Assembly (NCBI GenBank): GCA_951406725.2
Contig: OX597814.1
Coordinates: 151,838,001 to 151,902,000 of the forward strand
Origin: Octopus vulgaris
Taxonomy: Eukaryota
Direction: 5' to 3'
Length of the DNA stretch: 64,000 bases
Part shown: piece by piece, positions 1 to 10,650 of the stretch
Layout of the letters: the number at the start of each line of letters is the position of its first letter
Numbering within the stretch: the first letter of the stretch is position 1
The notes under the pieces: generated by a model
Told to the model about the DNA's origin: nothing
Databases searched by the model: none
Seen by the model: only the letters and a program-made list of their open reading frames with translations
Position numbers and translations under genes: made by a program

Positions 1-759
1 AACTACATAGGCCTTCTGAACACTTAATGTGTTCTGCTAACCCCGAGAAATATCAACATTATCTCATATAGTCAGGTTAAACATAGATTGTATCTGCATT
101 TATTTGTCAGTTGTATATGTCTGGCTGTGTGGTCATGATGTTCACTTTGCAACAATGTAGTTGTGGGTTCAATCCCACTGTGCAGCACTTAGGACAAGGG
201 TCTCTCCTACAGCCTGTGGAATTTGGTAGATGAAAATACTGTTGCCCTGCTTAACACTACTGTCAGGCACTTGATGCTTTTGCCAGCCTCTATTCTGTTG
301 TAAGCATTCTAACTGGGTCTCTGATCAGAGGCTAACTTTTGTTTTTTCCCTTGATTTGACCCTAAAAAAGCAAACCACATATGAACAGTAGAAAGGTTCA
401 ATACATAATACTGCATATAAATCTACATTAAGTAAATACACATGCTGGTTTTCACACTGTTACTTAAGTTCTTGTTTACTATTGCTTTTTGTTAGACATT
501 TCAGTTGTCATATACTGTAAACATTTAAACAGTGGCAGAACTGAGGCAGATGGTTGTTCAGACCATGACTGTTTCAATGGTCGTCAAAAGGAAACTATTT
601 TTTTTATCCAATAAAAATTGGTTTTACTGTTACTTTAACTGCATTAACATACACACACTTGTAAATTGTGGTTATAATATGTTTCAATTTCAAATAAAAG
701 CTATAAATTCTACTTCTATTGAGTACGTTTTTCTCAGGTTTGTAAGTACAAATGTTTAC

Positions 760-935
760 TTATAAGCATGGAATAAACTGCCTGCGTCAGTTGTTGACTG
801 CCATGACACTGCATCTTTTAAGGCCCTCATGCTTTCCGAAATCCGCCGAAACTTCACCTGATTATATATACACTTTAGATGAGTTGTAGTGCACCTGAGC
901 ACTGTACACAATTATTATTATTATTATTATTATTT
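760..935 (+). mobile_element. CR1-like LINE 3' end
   Basis: Translates to WNKLPASVVDCHDTASFK..., typical of the CR1 ORF2 C-terminus, followed by a short 3' UTR and an (ATT)n tail. Confidence 0.7.
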
Positions 936-974
936 AAATATTTGATTTTTTTAATGGTTTCTATTAAAGCTGTT

Positions 975-1452
975 GACCATAAGGGCATCCAGCCGTAGAA
1001 ACACTGCCAGATTTGACTGGGCCTGATGAAGCCTTCTGGCTTCACAGACCCCAGTAGAACCGTCCAACCCATGCTAGCATGGAAAACGGACGCTAAACGA
1101 TGATGATGATATAAACCCTATTTTATTTATCAATTTCTATTTATTGAGTGAGTGTTGTGGGTACTTTTACATGCCACTGGCACGAGGGCCAGTCTGGCAG
1201 TTGTGGCAACAACCACACTCAAAAGGTAGCACATAAAAATACCTTTTGAGCGTGGTCGTTGCCAGAACTGCCTGACTGGCCCTCGTGCCAGTGGCACGTA
1301 AAAGCACTCACTACATTCTCAGAGTGGTTGACGTTAGGAAGATTGCCAGATAAGATTGAGCCTGGTGCAGCCTCTAGCTCACCAGTCCTCAGTCAAACCA
1401 TCCAACCCATGCCAGCATGGAAAGGGGATGTTAAACGATGATGATGATGATG
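975..1452 (+). mobile_element. Two RTE-type 3' tail copies, the second with an inverted duplication at its 5' end
   Basis: ...GTCCAACCCATGCTAGCATGGAAA..GGACG.TAAAC(GAT)n tails at about 1110 and 1452. The same tail follows the RTE ORF2 end at 26825. Confidence 0.8.
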
Positions 1453-2358
1453 AATGGCTAAGTTCACTTGAACTAAATCATTTAAAAAATTTAATGTATT
1501 TGAAGGATTGAATTACCACAAAGTATTTATATCCACACACACCTATCTGTATTTGTAATGGCTTTCTGTTCAGTTTTCATTTGCCAAATATCACTCACAA
1601 CTTGCGGTTATGGTAGAGGACCCTTCTCCATAGTGCCTCGCAGTGAAGTCAGTCCATGAACTATGTTTGTGATGCTGGCTTTTCAGTGTTGCTTTTTTAC
1701 CCAGTAAATAAATATAGCTACATTTTCAGTGTGGTCTATTACCTAGTGAATATAGCTTCCTATATGATGCCTTAGTCAAGATTAAGACTAGGTAATATGA
1801 TATAGCGAGTGTTGTATGCAACATTCTCCATTTACTATGTCCTATATTTTAAATATTAAAATTTTTTTTTTGGAGTCCTTCTTATACAATCTTGTGTAGT
1901 AGTATTAAAATCCTCTCTAGTTCTAAATTTAGACCTTGATTTAATTTTCTCCTGTAACAATTTTGTATTAAACATTTGTTTTGGCCTCTGTCTTTTACAG
2001 CTTTAATATATTCAAGACCCCCTATGCAGTTACTTAACCTGTTAGGAATGGCAGCCAAATATTCCTCTACTTAAGATGTCAGGATGTGATTCCTTACATC
2101 ACAGTCTAAATCTTAAATTAAAAAAAAAAAAACTCAAAAAAGCAAATGATGTAATTAATGTCTTTGGCATACAGTTATATGGGTGGTCATAACTTGAACA
2201 TCTTTGATCATAGGTTATCCTGGTGCTAAGCAATGTAATTAACAGTCACTTGTTGTATCTATCTCTTCCTTATGATTGCAGGGTTGTTTTTTTTTGTCTT
2301 CATCGCATTTTCTAATTAATTTATAAAATGTACTATTTTCTATTGTTTAAAATTTTAT

Positions 2359-2725
2359 GAGTGGCTGTGTGGTAAGAAGCTTGCTTCCCAACCACATGGT
2401 TCCGGGTTCAATCCCACCTTCAGCAAGTGTCTTCTACTATAGCGTCAGGCCGACCTTTTCTTTTTTGAGTGGATTTGATAGATGGAAACTGAAAGAAGCC
2501 TGTCGTATATATATATATATGCATTTGTGTGTCTGTGTTTGTCGCCCAACCCTCGCTTAACAACTGATGTTGGTGTGTTTACATCCCCGTAACTTAGTGG
2601 TTCAGCAAAAGAGACCAATAAGTACTAGGCTTATAAAGAATAAGATCTGGGCTTGATTTGTTTGACTAAAGGTCATGCTCCAGCATGGTTGCAGTCAAAT
2701 GACTGAAACAAGTAAAAAAAAAAAA
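2359..2725 (+). mobile_element. tRNA-headed SINE family A, full length. Other copies: 115-235+, 11465-11826-, 14795-15162-, 21765-21900-, 23515-23872-, 24225-24540+, 25545-25680+, 57820-58232+, 58846-59180+
   Basis: Box A TGGCTGTGTGG, box B GGTTCAATCC/GGTTCAGTCC, internal (TA)/(TG) tract, tail GCTCCAGCATGG..GCAGTCAAATGACTGAAAC. Many dispersed copies in the window. Confidence 0.88.
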
Positions 2726-2974
2726 TATTATTTCCATTGATGGACTTACATTTTCTCTCACTGACTTTATGAGAAGGACCATTGTCATAACAAGTCCACT
2801 TTCCATGCTGGCATGGGTTGGATGATTTTACACAATCCAAGTCAATTCCTGTAGGATCACATCTTGCTGAGACATCACAGTTTTATGGATAGATGTCCTT
2901 CCAAACATGAACCACCTTTTCAGAGTGTAGAGTAAAAATAAAAAAAAAGTAGTTTCCTTTGCAAGTCATATAGA

Positions 2975-3186
2975 CACATAAGGGCCAGTTTCTTAGTTTA
3001 TATATTCTCTGGATGGGATGCTAGTCTATTGCAGGATTATTCATTTATGCCAGCTGAGTGAACGGAAGCTGTGTGAAATGAAGTGTTTTGCTTAAAAAAT
3101 ACTACACTTTGCCTGTTCCAGGAATCAAAACCACAATCTTGTGATCATGAGTCCAACACCCTAACCACTAAGCTGTGCGCCTCCAC
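2975..3186 (-). mobile_element. tRNA-headed SINE family C. Other copies: 23130-23420+, 43150-43440+, 63392-63690+
   Basis: Head TGGCTTAGTGGTTA...GTTCAATTCC followed by the shared TGTCCTTGAGCAAGACA...CCAGTCCACTCAGCTGG core in four copies. Confidence 0.75.
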
Positions 3187-3217
3187 TTTCAGTTTACTCG
3201 GTGTGATGTTGGTGATA

Positions 3218-3487
3218 CAGGGTGTTTGAAATAAACTTTTAGTATAAAAGGAAAAAAAAAACAATATCCTATCCCAAACTAGAAATATTTTTATTCAAAC
3301 TAGCCACCTTCAGCTTCCACAATGGCCTCAAGCTAGCTTTAGAACCTGGCTTATGTGTTCCTTGATGTATCCCTGGGAAGATCTTTGAACACCTCCTTGA
3401 TGTTTGCCACAAGCTCAGCCTTGGCAGTGCAGACGGAGCAGTTGGTGTCTTTCTTAACTGCACTCCTCATGTAGTCTGAACACCCTA
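3218..3487 (-). mobile_element. Internally deleted Tc1/mariner element
   Basis: TA-CAGGGTGTT...AACACCCTA-TA termini. The minus strand encodes a decayed transposase C-terminus (DYMRSAVKKDTN...LEAIVEAEGG). Confidence 0.7.
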
Positions 3488-3801
3488 TAAAAATCACCCC
3501 CATCCAACATAATATCTGAATACTTTATGTGATTAAATAAATCTCAATTTATTGTGAAACAATTAAAGAATATATTATTTTCCACTTTTGAAACCGTATT
3601 TTTGAAGAAATGATTTTTATGTAAGAAATTTTAATAACTGCAATTTTCCTACATATATTGTCTCTGCATTGTTGTCTGAGAGTGAGGTAGGTGGGGAAAG
3701 TGTATTTGTGTGGGAGAGCTGAAATAAGTGAAAGAAATGAGCTGATAAATGGATTTTATGGAAATATGAAAACACACATGGGAAAAATATATCTCAAAAT
3801 A

Positions 3802-3865
<64 letters not shown>

Positions 3866-3866
<1 letters not shown>

Positions 3867-4135
3867 CATCATCATCATTTAACGTCCGCTTTCCATGCTA
3901 GCATGGGTTGGACGGTTCAACTGGGGTCTGGGGTCTGGCAAGCCCGAAGGCTGCACCAGGCCAGTCAGATCTGGCAGTGTTTCTACAGCTGGATGCCCTT
4001 CCTAACGCCAACCACTCCGAGAGTGTAGTGGGTGATTTTATGTGCCACCGACACAGGTGCCAGACGAGGCTGGCAGACGGCCACGCTTGGATGGTGTTTT
4101 TTATGTGCCACCGACACAGGTGCCAGACGAGGCTG
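3866..4135 (-). mobile_element. 5'-truncated RTE 3' UTR copy inside a compound microsatellite. Similar copies: 5905-6255-, 22730-23092-, 30668-31068-, 36958-37368-, 39728-40096-, 41790-42195-, 49885-50250+, 54616-54762-, 56705-56850+
   Basis: (CAT)n + TTTAACGTCCGCTTTCCATGCTAGCATGGGTTGGACG + GGATGCCCTTCCTAACGCCAACCACTCC + 60-bp repeat units. Confidence 0.85.
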
Positions 4136-4137
4136 AA

Positions 4138-4200
<63 letters not shown>

Positions 4201-4789
4201 GTGTGTGTGTGTGTATGTATATATATATATATGTGTGTGTGTATGTATATATATATATATATGTGCGTATGTGTATATATATATATATATATGTGTGTGT
4301 ATATATATATAAACCTAGAAGCAGTTCTCTCCCTTTAAGGAGACTATTCACCCTTTCTCTCTCTTTGTCTCTCTCTTTCACTCCGTAAGCAACTAAAAGC
4401 AGCAGCAGTTCCCTGTGAAATAACCACGTGTAAAATAAAAATTATGTTTGACCTCGTAAACTGACAATATGTCAGCACCTCACATTAACATTTCTCTACT
4501 TCTACTTCATTGCAATTACCAGTTTTTCAACATCTGTTTTCTTGAATCCTCCTTGTCTTACCCTGGGTTGAAGCTCAAACTTGGGATTTTTCTTCATGCA
4601 TTTTCTGGGATGATTTCCAAGTTGAACAATGTAAATATTTCATTTTCATTCAAAATATGAATATAAATATATTTTACAAGTGAAAGACAAAGAAAAAAGT
4701 GGGGTGGGGGGAAGAAAGAAAAGAAAGAAAAAACATCAATGCTGTTCCAAGTGCTTCAATTGGTTGCACACCTCAAGGTTCAATGGAAC

Positions 4790-5340
4790 CTACTGAAGCA
4801 AGCCAGCATGCTCACAATATTACCATGGGCAATGGTGAGGCTAAGGCGTTGGAAAAGCTAAGCACCCTTATGGGCATCACCTGACATCTCTGCCAATGAT
4901 GTCAAGAACTTTGCCATTAGTGGCCCGTCCCTCCAAACGCCTCCATTACCACAAGTTGGAAGAGATAGTTCACTGTCAGGTCTCAGTACTACAGGATTTT
5001 GTTCTGTTCGGCTACAGAAGCAGTGATCCTCCCATTTACCACAGCATCCAGGATGTGGGAAGGAGCAAAAGAGTCACAGACCATGACGTCCCAGATGAAG
5101 CACCTACCTCTTACCCAGTAACAGAAGGTAAGACCATCTGGTCTCTTCCCATCACTTCTGGATAATCTTGCCAGCTCCAGAACTGAAGGGATATTAATCT
5201 GAGCCTGGGCCCACTTAATGATTAAGCTTAGCTCGATGTGATGATTAAAACAACCAGCATTTAAGCAGCAAGACAGACCATGAAGACCTGTGGGATTGAG
5301 GGACCTACCACAAGATTTGTTGAGAAATGGTGAGGTTGTT
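4790..5340 (-). mobile_element. Decayed CRE/NeSL-like (restriction-like endonuclease) non-LTR retrotransposon C-terminus
   Basis: The minus strand gives HGLSCCLNAGCFNHH...LSRSDGKRPDGLTFCYWVRGRCFIWDVMVCDSFAPSH...AEQNK...LFQRLSLTIAHGN, i.e. a zinc-knuckle remnant plus a PD-(D/E)xK endonuclease, with stops and frameshifts. Confidence 0.78.
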
Positions 5341-6593
5341 TCATGGGATCACGTTTATTATAACACTGGTCAACAAATTTATACTCTTTCCTTGTTCCAA
5401 AGATGAAATTAGTTAATTTTTACTAATTTTAGATTGCTAATTAGAAAAATCACATTAAATTTTTAATTTCAAATATCAGCTAATCTTTTGATTTATGCTG
5501 TCATACTCCTTTACAGATTTTCAATAGGAATATGGCATAGTTGAGAGCATTGATTGCATCATCTCAATAGAAGAGTAGGATATGAGTATATAAGAGATAT
5601 ATGGCAATCATCCATATAAACATATGATGTCATTGGCCTACATCAATGGTTCTCAACCATTTTTTTGTTTATAGACCCCTGTGATTCCTATTTTACTCGG
5701 ATGGACCCTCATAACTATTTGAAGTTTAAAAACATCCCATTATATTTTTATATTTAAATATTATTAGGAATTGTATTAAAAAATTGTTAAAATATTCTGT
5801 GCATTGTAGAAGTATAACAAATTTATTGCACACAAACTTTGGCAACAAAATCTTGTATGAGTTCCCAGGGGTCATGTGGACCCAATTTGAGAACCACTAG
5901 CCTCCATCATCATAATCATTTAACGTCCACTTTCCATGCTAGCATGGGTTGGACGATTTGACTGAGGACTGGTGAACCAAATGGCTGCACCATGCTCCAA
6001 TCTTGATTTGGTACAGTTTCTACAGCTGGGTGCCCTTCCTAATGCCAATCACTCCGAGCGTGTAGTGGGTGCTTTTATGTGCCACCGGTATGAGGGCCAG
6101 TCAGGCAGTACTGACAATGGCCACGCTCAAATGGAGTGTTTTACATGCCACCTGCACAGGAGCCAGTCCAGCGGCACTGGCAATGATCTTGCTCAAATGT
6201 TTTTTCACATGCCACCGGCACAAGTGCCAGTAAGGCGACGCTGGTAACGATCACTTCCTCATTCAAATTGTGAGGTGTTGTATGATATCTGTTGCCTCAA
6301 ATATTATAGTTGAGAACTACATTTAGCCATTTAAAATGCCTCAGAAACTGTAAATAATTTTTTTCTTTTGCATTTGATGGCAGTTCACTCCTAAAATCAC
6401 AAGAACGTAAAATTACCTCAACAATAAGAAAAGGTTACCATCTATATTTTGGTTGCAAAGTAGGCGATCAAGGTGAGAGATGGGCACTTTATATTTGATG
6501 CATCTCTCATTCATGGTGTTTAAAAATGTGGATACATAGCCAATGGAAGTACATACAAAGTACCCTTTGTATAAAAAGAAGCTGTATAGGTAC

Positions 6594-6930
6594 ACATGTG
6601 GCTGCGTGCTTAAGAAACTTGCTTCCCAACCATGTGGTCTCAGGTTCAGTTCCACTGTGTGGCAATGTGAGCAAGTGTCTTCTACTATAGCCCTGGGCCA
6701 ACTAAAGCCTTGTGAGTAGATTTCATAGATGGAAATTGAAAGAAGCCTGTTGTGTGTGTGGGGGGAGTACCCTTGTCTTGATATGACGGTTGTAAAGGGG
6801 TATCACCTCCATGTATGCTATTCTGTTCATTTCTAGTCTTCCATGGAAAACATGTCTGGTCATAAGGAATTATTACCCTGCTTGGAAACAGATAAGGGTT
6901 GTTGACAGGAAGGGCAAATGGTCATAGAAA
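6594..6930 (+). mobile_element. SINE A head with RTE-type tail. Other copies: 13540-14115+, 28328-28722-, 49354-49810+, 51255-51640+, 63211-63935+
   Basis: SINE A 5' half, (TG)n, then CCTTGTCTTGA...GGAAACAG...ACAGGAAGGGCA... The longer copies end in ...GCATGGAAAAGTGGATGTTAAAT(GAT)n. Confidence 0.75.
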
Positions 6931-7672
6931 TAAAGTTATTTGGATTATTAGAAAATAAAGTTTTTTGAAATATTCAAGGAATAAATTCAAAACTGTTAAA
7001 ATATTCTTGACTGTTTATGATTTTCAGAGAATAATTAGAAGACTACCTGAAGCCAAAGATGTTAACTTGGGAAAGTATTTATTTCACAGAATGGTATTAT
7101 TGCTAGCATTTGGATGTCTGTTATGATGAAATATGATCTTTGACCACCAGCTGGCTGAAAGTTTCTAATAATGCTTTATGCTTAGATTGGCTTCTTTCGA
7201 ATTTGGAATGTTTTGGTTCTTCTTCTGCACTCTTCTCAAGTTCTTATAGGAAGTACTAATCTCTTATAGCCTGTTACCTTGTTGGAACATCAATAAAAAA
7301 GTTCAGTTTTTGTTGGGTAATTTACAAGAAAATACACTTGACTAGTTTGCAGGTTTCTTCTTCATTGACTCATGGTAAGTTCCTGCTACTTATTGCACTC
7401 AGTTAATCATTGTATATATTTAGAGCTGAGCAAAGTGGGTCACTGAACATGATCTTATAAGACATACAGTAATAGTTCTAATAATAAAATACGAACTCAC
7501 CACTCATTGGCTAATCAACTCGGCCAACTTTAACCCAAACTACAAATCTTTATACATGAACAAATGCAAACACGGATATCACTCCATTTCACCATGCTGA
7601 TTCAAGCTGAAATTTCTGTTATAGTGAGTAACTAAAAGTTCAAAGAACAAAAATGCATATATCTTTGCTTAG

Positions 7673-7761
7673 GTAAAAATCCGGAGTCAGAAGAAACTGA
7701 TGATAATCTCTGTCAGCAGCAATTTAGGGAGATCATAGATGATTTGGATAGGTTTAATTGA
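7673..7761 (+). CDS. Possible terminal coding exon of an unidentified upstream gene ((G)KNPESEETDDNLCQQQFREIIDDLDRFN*)
   Basis: Acceptor tctttgcttag|, protein-like frame ending at TGA 7759-7761, then T-rich UTR-like sequence and AATAAA at 8179. A phase-compatible donor G|GTAAGT lies at 7375. No homology recognised. Confidence 0.35.
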
Positions 7762-8397
7762 TGTGAGCAGTGAAGAATGTAATGTTTTGGGCCTTGCCTT
7801 TGTACTTTGAAAGTAAGGAAGATAAAGTAGCATTGCTTTGACTGCTTACCTCAGTTATTGAAATAATCAAAGTTTCCTATGAATTCCATCTCTACCTTTG
7901 CTTGTTATATGTAATCTTAATTCATTGTTTTCGTGTGTGTTCTGAAATCCATTTATTGTTATTTGCACTTTATCTTTTGTTATTGTTTACATGACTTTTT
8001 GCTCACAGGTAGAAAGATTTTGTAGTGTTGAATTTACAAATATTTAGCTGTTGTGATGAAATATAGCCACTGCTACTATGTTTTGGTGTGTCTATAAAAC
8101 CATTTGTGTTTTTGTTGAGTTATTGTTGTCAATAGTCCTACATTTACTGCTACAGTCATTTGCTATAACTTATTTACAAATAAACAGGTGTGTTGAAGAA
8201 TGAGTAGGGCGTCACACATAATACCTTGTGGTATATAGTCAGATTGCAATGTGCTCTGTATTCACATCTGGCTCAGGTTAATTATGTGTTTCATCCCTCT
8301 ATTATCAGTAAAACAAAACAACTAGTCCAAGTACTGGGTCAGATTCATCAGTCATAATATATTATTAGGTGTCAAAAATGTTCATTGTATATGTTTA

Positions 8398-8428
<31 letters not shown>

Positions 8429-8602
8429 TATTATCATTATTATTATTATCATTATTATTATTATCATCATTATTATTATTATTACATAATACATTAAATG
8501 TGGAAAAACTATATTTTTATTGCTTAAAATGATTAAAATTTAATGACTTGAAAACAAATTCAAATCACTATTTGTGTGTGTGTATGTGTGTGTAAGTGCA
8601 TA

Positions 8603-8668
<66 letters not shown>

Positions 8669-8679
8669 TATATATTTCT

Positions 8680-10100
8680 CCTACACCCTTATCTGATGGG
8701 CAATGCGGAAGCTAGGGATAGATGAGTGGTTAGCGAGAGCTGTAAAAGCCATGTACAGGTACGCTGTCAGTATGGTGAAAGTTGCTGATGAGTATAGCAA
8801 GGAATTTAGTGTGCAAGTAGGAGTCCACCAGGGATCAGTTCTCAGCCCCCTCTTGTTTATTATAGTCCTCCAAGCTGTAACAGAGCCTCTCCTCAGGTTG
8901 GTCAGAATCTGAATGAATGGGGAGGTGCTGGAAGTCTAAGATGGCTACTGGTAGGTGGGCTGCAATTGGTCAAGGAAGGTCATTTGATGTCACAGAATTG
9001 CTAATTAAGTGGCAGCAGACCCCAAAAGACATGGGATGAAGTAGTGCAGGCTGATCTCAAGATGTTGGAGATGGCAATGGACTGAGATGATTGATGATTT
9101 ACTGTGCTTGAGAAGATGTGTCTGTCATGGTGAAAGTGAAGTCCTAAAAGCATTATACTTATGCTTGTACATACTGAACCTTTCAATGCAATGTACTCAC
9201 ATCAAATATTCCCCACATCTCATCTTCCTAACATCCATCCCTTTGTCACTCTTCTAACTATGGCACTACTGAGCTGTTGTAATCCTTAAAGAGAAGTATC
9301 AGCACATGTTTCATTTCCCCCTTTTGCACAACCAGTCACCTCCCTCTGTCTCCTTCCACACTGATATTTACTGTCATTCACACCACCATTCTTGTTTGTC
9401 ACTTACTGCATCCACCTCTATCCCCATTTCTAACCCTTTGTCACTCTCCTCACAATCTTATGAAACTAGCCACTCTTTCCTTTCCCCTTATGTTTACCTT
9501 GGGAGTATTCTCTGGTACTTCATCGTCACCATCTGTATCTCCCTCTTTGCTACTCATCCACCCTCATATAATGTTGGTATCTATGTATCTCCTCTACAGC
9601 AAGGCTCCTGTGCTTGTCTTTCTGTCTTACTTAACCCTTTCGTTACCATATTTATTTTGACATGCTCTGTGTTTCTTTCAATTACTTTAAATATAACAAA
9701 GAATTTAATAAAATAACTTAGTTATCATTAAGCTAGAGTTAGGAACATAAATTGTGACTAAGGCTTGTTGGAATATTTTAATTCAAAACTTATGGAACCA
9801 AGACAGTTGTACTCAGATCCAGAGCCAGTTTCAGTCGGGTTGGTAACGAAAGGGTTAAGCCACTCCCAGTCCATCAAGAAGGCTTTTACTTTCTTTTTTT
9901 TCTTTGTCTTGCAACTTGGTCACCTCACTAGTGCCAGTATCAAGAAAAAAAGTTACCTGTACACATTGTAAAGTGGTTTAGGTTAGGAAGGGCACCTAGT
10001 CATAGAAATCATGCCAAAGCTGAGATTGGCATCTGAAAGGTCTTATCAAACTGCCCAACCCATGCCAGCAAGGGTAACAGACATTACGTGATGATGATAC
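8680..10100 (+). mobile_element. Internally deleted RTE LINE (RT fragment, ORF2 end, 3' UTR, GAT tail), interrupted by a MITE
   Basis: RKLGIDEWL...VGVHQGSVLSPLLFIIVL (RT domain), then RPQKTWDEVVQADLKML at about 9015-9070, and a tail ending at about 10100. Confidence 0.8.
9635..9854. mobile_element. piggyBac-type MITE with TTAA target duplication. Relatives: 16345-16530, 29301-29545, 47455-47770, 52769-52960
   Basis: TTAA-CCCTTTCGTTACC...GGTAACGAAAGGG-TTAA, a perfect 13-bp TIR with TTAA on both sides. Confidence 0.88.
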
Positions 10101-10540
10101 ATGTATACATATATATATTATATATTGTGTGTATATATGAATGTATATATGTGTGTGTGTATATGTTGGTATACACAAATACATGTGTGTGTGTATATAT
10201 GTGAATATATATACACACACACACACACACAAATGTATGTGTGTATATGTGTGTGTGTGTATATATATAAAGGCAGACTGTCTGTGTGTGTATAAAGGCA
10301 TATGTAATATATGTGTAAAAAGGTTGAATTAAATTTGTCCTTTAATTTCGAGGTTTCCAAAAACAGATTTCTAATATAGATTCTTCATATTTTGCTGGTA
10401 GCTTACTGGCATAAAATTGCAAATATGAAAATAATACTTGTATATGGTGTGTTGTGAGTTTATGGAAAGAAATCCCATAAAACTCGACAATTTCGATAAA
10501 AATGGAGAAGAGAAGGCATTAAAATATATAAGAGAATTTT

Positions 10541-10650
10541 AATTCATGTGACGATTGTTTCGTATAGTGGTATAAAAATCATGCAAATTCATGGTCGAAT
10601 AGAATTAATTAGATTAATTATATATCAGTGTATTCTTCAGTGCAAGAAGT
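10541..10650 (-). ncRNA. Decayed type I hammerhead-like motif
   Basis: Minus strand CTGAAGA-ATACACTGATATA...TATACCACTATAC-GAAA-CAATCG-TC. The core is intact but stems I and II carry several mismatches. Confidence 0.45.

Noticed and set aside
1018-1050. CTGATGA hammerhead-like core in RTE tails (also about 26120-26145 and 50160-50195)
   Set aside because: It belongs to a TGAAGCC/GGCTTCA hairpin. No GAAA box or UH site follows, and other copies read CTGGTGCA.
2359-2420. tRNA genes
   Set aside because: The box A/B heads continue into SINE bodies and do not form complete cloverleaves.
3691-4388. YI/CV/HT-rich ORFs here and at many other positions in the track
   Set aside because: They are translations of (TA)n/(TG)n microsatellites.
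5517-5600. Coding exon after a good acceptor (ctcctttacag)
   Set aside because: All three frames stop within 30 nt and there is no convincing donor.
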